Source of the DNA: an uncultured delta proteobacterium
GTDB lineage: Bacteria; Desulfobacterota; Binatia; HRBIN30; BPIQ01
Reading direction: 5' to 3'
NCBI GenBank assembly: GCA_963761335.1
Contig: CAVXGR010000004.1
Location: 32,001 to 96,000 of the forward strand
Length of the DNA stretch: 64,000 nucleotides
The number at the start of each line of letters is the position of its first letter. Position 1 is the first letter of the stretch. The notes beneath the pieces are model-generated. The model ran no database searches. It saw nothing but the letters and a program-made list of their open reading frames with translations, and was not told the DNA's origin. Of the stretch, positions 59,780 through 64,000 are shown piece after piece. The position numbers and the translations under genes are program-made.

Positions 59780-60643
59780 ATGAAGAGAATTGCGGCAGTC
59801 GTCGCGACATTGGGGAGTCTGAGCCTCCTGCTCGGCAGTCTGGCCTTTGTCCCTCCCGCTCACGCAGCGGACAACCACGATCAGCTGATCAATTACTTCC
59901 GCAAGAAGTCGAACCTCGGGCCGAACACCCCGGTATCGGTAACCGACATCAAGAGCTCGCCGATCAAGGGAGCCAAAGAGGGCACCATCCAGATCGGCAA
60001 TCCGCCACAGGTGAAGAAGATGCCGTTCGTCATGTCCGATGACGGCCGCTACGTCGTCTTCGGCGACATCGAGGACCTGACCGTGGATCCGTTCAAGTCG
60101 GTGATGGAGAAGATCGACCTGAAGAACGAGCACGCCAAGGGTCCCGCCAACGCCAAGGTGACCATCGTCGAGTACTCCGACTTCGAGTGCCCGTTCTGCA
60201 GCCGTGGCTACGACACCATCGAGAACCACGTGCTGAAGGACTACGGCGACAAGGTGCGCTTCGTCTACAAGCAGTTCCCGTTGAGCTTCCACCCCTGGGC
60301 GCAGGCGGCGGCGATCTCCGCGAAGTGCGCCGGTGTTCAGAACGCGGACGCGTACTGGAAGCTGTACAACTACTACTTCCAGCATCAGAAAGAGATCAAT
60401 CCGCAGAACCTCAAGGAGAAGACCGACGAGGTCCTGAAGGGCGCCAAGATCGACAAGAAGAAGTTCGACACCTGCGTCGACAACAAGGAGACGCTGGACG
60501 CCATCAAGGCCGACATCGCCGAGGGGCAGTCCGTGGGGGTCACCGGGACGCCGGGCTTCATCGTCAACGGCCGCTTGGTGAGCGGTGCGCAGCCCTACGA
60601 GGTCTTCAAGAACATCATCGACTCCGAGCTGGCCAGCAAGTAA
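59780..60643 (+). CDS. DsbA-family thiol-disulfide oxidoreductase
   Basis: Signal peptide; EYSDFECPFC, FPLSFH, GVTGTPGF, GAQP; SD GGGAGG. Confidence 0.93.
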   Translation: MKRIAAVVATLGSLSLLLGSLAFVPPAHAADNHDQLINYFRKKSNLGPNTPVSVTDIKSSPIKGAKEGTIQIGNPPQVKKMPFVMSDDGRYVVFGDIEDLTVDPFKSVMEKIDLKNEHAKGPANAKVTIVEYSDFECPFCSRGYDTIENHVLKDYGDKVRFVYKQFPLSFHPWAQAAAISAKCAGVQNADAYWKLYNYYFQHQKEINPQNLKEKTDEVLKGAKIDKKKFDTCVDNKETLDAIKADIAEGQSVGVTGTPGFIVNGRLVSGAQPYEVFKNIIDSELASK

Positions 60644-60656
60644 GCAGCATCGCCTC

Positions 60657-60736
60657 GGGGACAGGCTCCTCTTCGGCGCGCGATTCCGCTCGCAAACAAG
60701 TCGTTGCCCGCCGTTGCCGAAAAGGTGCCTGTCCCC
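60657..60736. repeat. GGGGACAGGC-family REP hairpin between convergent genes
   Basis: GGGGACAGGCTCCTCTTCGGC ... GCCGAAAAGGTGCCTGTCCCC. Confidence 0.88.
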
Positions 60737-60740
60737 ACTC

Positions 60741-61532
60741 CTACTTGCCGCTGAACTGCGGCGGCCGCTTGTCGCGGAACGCCGCCACGGCCTCGGCGTG
60801 GTCGCGGGTGCGGTAGAGATAGTCGAGAGTGTAGGACTCGGAGCGCACCTGGGCCTCGAAGGTCTGCTCGAGCCCCTGGTAGAGGGCCTGGCGCGTCAGC
60901 GCCAGTGACAGCGGCGCGCACTGCGCCATCTCCGCCGCCAGGGCGCGCGCCGCCGGCAGGAGCTCCTCGGCGGCGACCACGCGGTTGACGAGGGCGCGCT
61001 CGAGGTCCTCCACCTCGTACAGCTTGCCGGTCAGCATCAGCTCGCAAGCGCGGCCGATGCCCACCAGGCGCGGCAGAAGAAAGGTCGAGCCGAGCTCGGC
61101 CATCACCCCCATTCGCGGGAAGACGAACCCCATCTTCGTCCCGGCGGCGGCGATGCGAACGTCGCAGAGCAGTGTCATAGTGCAGCCGACGCCGATGGCA
61201 TAGCCGTGGATGGTGGCGATCACCGGCTTCGACAGGCGCCGCATCAGCAGCGGGAAGTCCTCGACCCGCCCGGGGCCGCCGCTGCCGTCGGCGCCGGTGC
61301 CGCCGCCGGAATCGATCTGCGCCTGGAAGAAGCTCATGTCGGCACCGGCGCAGAAGGCGCGGCCGCTGCCGGTGAGGATCACGGCGCGCACCTGCGGGTT
61401 GCGGTCGGCGGCGCGAAACGCCTCCAGCAGCTCGCTGCCCATACGCGGAATCCAGGCGTTCAGCCGTTGCGGTCGGTTCAGAGACAGGGTGGCGATCCCC
61501 TGTTCCACGTCCACGGTGAGGGTCTCGTACAT
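60741..61532 (-). CDS. Enoyl-CoA hydratase/isomerase family protein
   Basis: LNRPQRLNA, RAFCAGAD, KPVIA, GYAIGVG, LPRLVG. Confidence 0.93.
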   Translation of the reverse strand: MYETLTVDVEQGIATLSLNRPQRLNAWIPRMGSELLEAFRAADRNPQVRAVILTGSGRAFCAGADMSFFQAQIDSGGGTGADGSGGPGRVEDFPLLMRRLSKPVIATIHGYAIGVGCTMTLLCDVRIAAAGTKMGFVFPRMGVMAELGSTFLLPRLVGIGRACELMLTGKLYEVEDLERALVNRVVAAEELLPAARALAAEMAQCAPLSLALTRQALYQGLEQTFEAQVRSESYTLDYLYRTRDHAEAVAAFRDKRPPQFSGK

Positions 61533-61632
61533 GGGATGTCCTCCGCGCCTGTGCGTACTCCCAGGCGCGCTTGCAATGCAACGGCGGAACACACGAGAAT
61601 GCGGCAATCTCGCCCGAGAGGGAGCCCGTTTC

Positions 61633-62946
61633 ATGCCGAACGCCGAGGAGCCGCGGCCGCGCGTCGCCTGTGACTCGATGGTGGCGCTGCCCGCCGCCAC
61701 CGCCGACGGTGCGGCGCTGCTCGCCAAGAACAGCGATCGGCCGGCCGACGAGGCGCAGCCGCTCGTCCACGTGCTGCGCCGGCGCCACGACGCCGCCTCG
61801 CGGCTGCGCTGCCAGTACATCGAGATCGATCAAGTGGCGGAGACGGCCGCGGTCATCGGCTCGCGACCCTTCTGGCTCTGGGGCTTCGAGCACGGGCTCA
61901 ACGAGCACGGCGTCGCCATCGGCAATCACACCGTCTTCAGCCGCGACCCGGTCGAGGGAAAGGGACTGATCGGCATGGACCTGGTGCGCCTCGGCCTCGA
62001 GCGCGCCAAGACTGCTGCGGAAGCGGTCGAGATCATTGCGGGGCTGGTCGAGCGCTTCGGGCAGGGCGGGTCCGGCTACTTCGACAAGGACTGGGCGTAC
62101 CACAACTCTTTCCTGATCGGTGATCGCTGCAGCGCCTTCCTGCTGGAGACCTCGGACCGCCTGTGGGCGGTGCGCCGCATCGAGACCACCGGCAGCGCCT
62201 CCAACCACCTGACCATCGGCTCGGACTGGGAGGCGCTGTCTCCCGGCACCATCGAGCACGCCGTCGACCGGGGGTGGTGGGCGGAAGACGCGGGCGGGAG
62301 GTTCGACTTCTCCGGTGCCTTCCGCGATACCAGCATGGCGCCGGAGATCATCTCCAGCGGCCGTCATCGGCAGACGTGTGCGGCGCTGGCGCGCCAGCGC
62401 GGCCGCTTGACCGTGCCCCTTCTGCGCGCCGCTCTCCGCGACCACTACGACAGCGGTGCCCTGTACCGCCGGCAGTACACGCCTGACGACGAGCGCTACT
62501 ACGGCGTCTGCATGCACGCGGATCCCGTGGGCACGACCACCGCCAGCATGATTGCCCACCTGCCGCCGGGCGAGGATGCGGTGACGACTTACTGGGGTAG
62601 CCTCGGATCGCCGTGCGTCGGGGTGTTTCTGCCGTTCTACCTCGACGGCGGTGTCCCCGAGGTGCTCGGCCGCGGGGGCGAGCGGCCGTCGTCGGACTCC
62701 CCGTGGTGGGGCTTCAAGCGACTCCTCGGTACGGTCGAGAAGGACCCGCAGCGGGCCGGAGCAGTGCGCGCCCGCTGGGACGCGCTCGAGGCGCGTCTCG
62801 ACATCGAGGCGGTGGAGGTGGAGGAACGGGCTCGCGACCTGCGCCGCCGGGGCCATTCGGAGCGCGCCGCCGCTGAGCTGCGACAGCTCTCCGAGCGCGC
62901 CGTGGCCGAGGCGCTGGGCGAGCTGGGGAGAATGTTGGAGGGTTGA
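61633..62946 (+). CDS. Secernin / peptidase C69-like Ntn hydrolase
   Basis: ACDSMV (nucleophile Cys), AKNSDRP, EHGLNEHGVAIGN, GMDLVRLGLER, YHNSFLI. Confidence 0.88.
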   Translation: MPNAEEPRPRVACDSMVALPAATADGAALLAKNSDRPADEAQPLVHVLRRRHDAASRLRCQYIEIDQVAETAAVIGSRPFWLWGFEHGLNEHGVAIGNHTVFSRDPVEGKGLIGMDLVRLGLERAKTAAEAVEIIAGLVERFGQGGSGYFDKDWAYHNSFLIGDRCSAFLLETSDRLWAVRRIETTGSASNHLTIGSDWEALSPGTIEHAVDRGWWAEDAGGRFDFSGAFRDTSMAPEIISSGRHRQTCAALARQRGRLTVPLLRAALRDHYDSGALYRRQYTPDDERYYGVCMHADPVGTTTASMIAHLPPGEDAVTTYWGSLGSPCVGVFLPFYLDGGVPEVLGRGGERPSSDSPWWGFKRLLGTVEKDPQRAGAVRARWDALEARLDIEAVEVEERARDLRRRGHSERAAAELRQLSERAVAEALGELGRMLEG

Positions 62947-63075
62947 AGGGTTTCGGGTTATCGGGAATCCGAGTGACTCGGTGACTCGGTGACCCGGTAA
63001 CCCGGAACCTGACAACTCGGTAGCCCGCGATGCGGCGGTTTGCGCCGCTGGCGCTCTGTGCTACGGTCGCCGACG

Positions 63076-63570
63076 ATGAACTCGCGCGCGATCACCATCG
63101 TCATCGGCGTCATCATCCTACTTCTCGGGCTCGTGGCGTTGATCTATCCCGAGCGCATCATGGGCCCCATCGGCCTGGCGGCGGCGAGTGATTCGGCGAA
63201 GGCGGCGGCGCTCGGCGAGATGCGCGCCACCTATGGCGGCCTCTTTGCGGTCATGGGCCTGTTCACCATATTCGCCGGCGTGCGACCGGCGACGCACCGC
63301 CTGCTCATTCTCTTCGTCAGCCTGATGTGGCTGGGTGCCGCCGGCGGCCGCCTGCTCGGCGTTCAGGTCAACGGCACTCCGGGGCTCTGGGGCTGGGGCT
63401 TCTTCAGCTTCGAGGTGGTCGTCGGCGCCGCCCTGCTGGTGGCCTGGTTCGGCGCCGCGGCGCCGCGCCGCGAGCCCGCCCGCACCGCGCCTCCGCCGCC
63501 CCCGCCGCCTCCTCTGCCACCGGCTTCGACCCCACCGTCAGCCAGCGACGCACCGCCTCCGGAGGTGTGA
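63076..63570 (+). CDS. Small 4-TM membrane protein (DUF4345-like) with a Pro-rich tail
   Basis: EMRATYGG and GRLLG motifs. Confidence 0.7.
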   Translation: MNSRAITIVIGVIILLLGLVALIYPERIMGPIGLAAASDSAKAAALGEMRATYGGLFAVMGLFTIFAGVRPATHRLLILFVSLMWLGAAGGRLLGVQVNGTPGLWGWGFFSFEVVVGAALLVAWFGAAAPRREPARTAPPPPPPPPLPPASTPPSASDAPPPEV

Positions 63571-63609
63571 GGGGGCTTTGCCCAATGGGATGCCCGTTAG
63601 ATGCGGGCG

Positions 63610-63691
63610 GGTTGTTGGCTGCTGCGTTGTTAGGTTGTTAGGTCAATCATCCCTTCTTACCAACAACCAACAACCTAACAACCTAACAACC
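63610..63691. repeat. GTTGTTAG / CAACAAC inverted short-repeat array
   Basis: Reverse-complement relative of 27861-27950 (shared CCCTTCTTACCAACAACC core and flank CCTTCGGCG.CGG.ACCGTGGG). Confidence 0.8.
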
Positions 63692-63744
63692 TTCGGCGGC
63701 GGTACCGTGGGCTCGATTGGTTGAGCAAAGGCGGTGTGAGGGGT

Positions 63745-64000
63745 CTACATGTAGTACCCGCCGTTCGGCGAGATCACCTGGCCGACGGTGTAGGTCGAAT
63801 CCTCGGAGGCCAGGTACACCGCCACGGCGGCGACCTCGGCGGTGGTGCCCAGGCGGCCGAGAGGTGTCTGGAAGGCGATGGCCGCGCGCATGCTCGGGTC
63901 CATGACGTCGAGCAGGGGTGTGTCGACGTAACCCGGGGCGATGGCGTTGACGTAGATTCCCCGCGGCGCCACCTCGCGGGCCACGGCCTTGGTGAGGCCG
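63745..64000 (-). CDS. SDR-family oxidoreductase (FabG-like), C-terminal fragment
   Basis: VNAIAPGYVDT, PLGRLG, TVGQVISPNGG. Confidence 0.9.
   Translation of the reverse strand, partial: GLTKAVAREVAPRGIYVNAIAPGYVDTPLLDVMDPSMRAAIAFQTPLGRLGTTAEVAAVAVYLASEDSTYTVGQVISPNGGYYM

Noticed and set aside
60595..63015. Long antisense or alternate-frame ORFs (e.g. 60595-63015, 18403-20535, 50739-52517, 413-2131)
   Set aside because: They are shadow ORFs of real genes, expected from high-GC codon bias, and carry no recognisable motifs.
62972..63026. GTGACTCG / GTAACCCG microrepeat
   Set aside because: Probably another short-repeat family, but it is a single degenerate instance here.

Overview
A 64 kb window from a high-GC bacterial chromosome. 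The gene mix loosely suggests a Deltaproteobacteria/Binatia-like organism; this is an inference only. About 55 CDSs cover housekeeping (ilvD, purC, mutS2, plsC), lipid and acyl-CoA metabolism, cell-envelope and secreted proteins, and a BMP-type ABC transporter. I found no rRNA, tRNA, CRISPR array, transposase or integrase. The intergenic DNA is rich in palindromic REP-like repeats of several families. The most striking structure is a non-coding element of about 290-490 bp, present five times, including a head-to-tail trimer at 8596-9845. It has fixed non-inverted ends, carries interchangeable REP-doublet cargo, and sits precisely inside other REP hairpins. Two insertions use the identical GCCTG^TCCCC position and one interrupts GCCGCTTCTAC. 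Other leads are a frameshifted alpha/beta-like pair of ferritin-fold diiron proteins behind an SCP2-like gene, and luxE/luxC homologs without luciferase coupled to a class-III aminotransferase. There is also a metzincin with four F-type lectin domains, and signs of widespread leaderless genes. The 54.3-59.1 kb region carries many 1-bp frameshifts that look like assembly errors.
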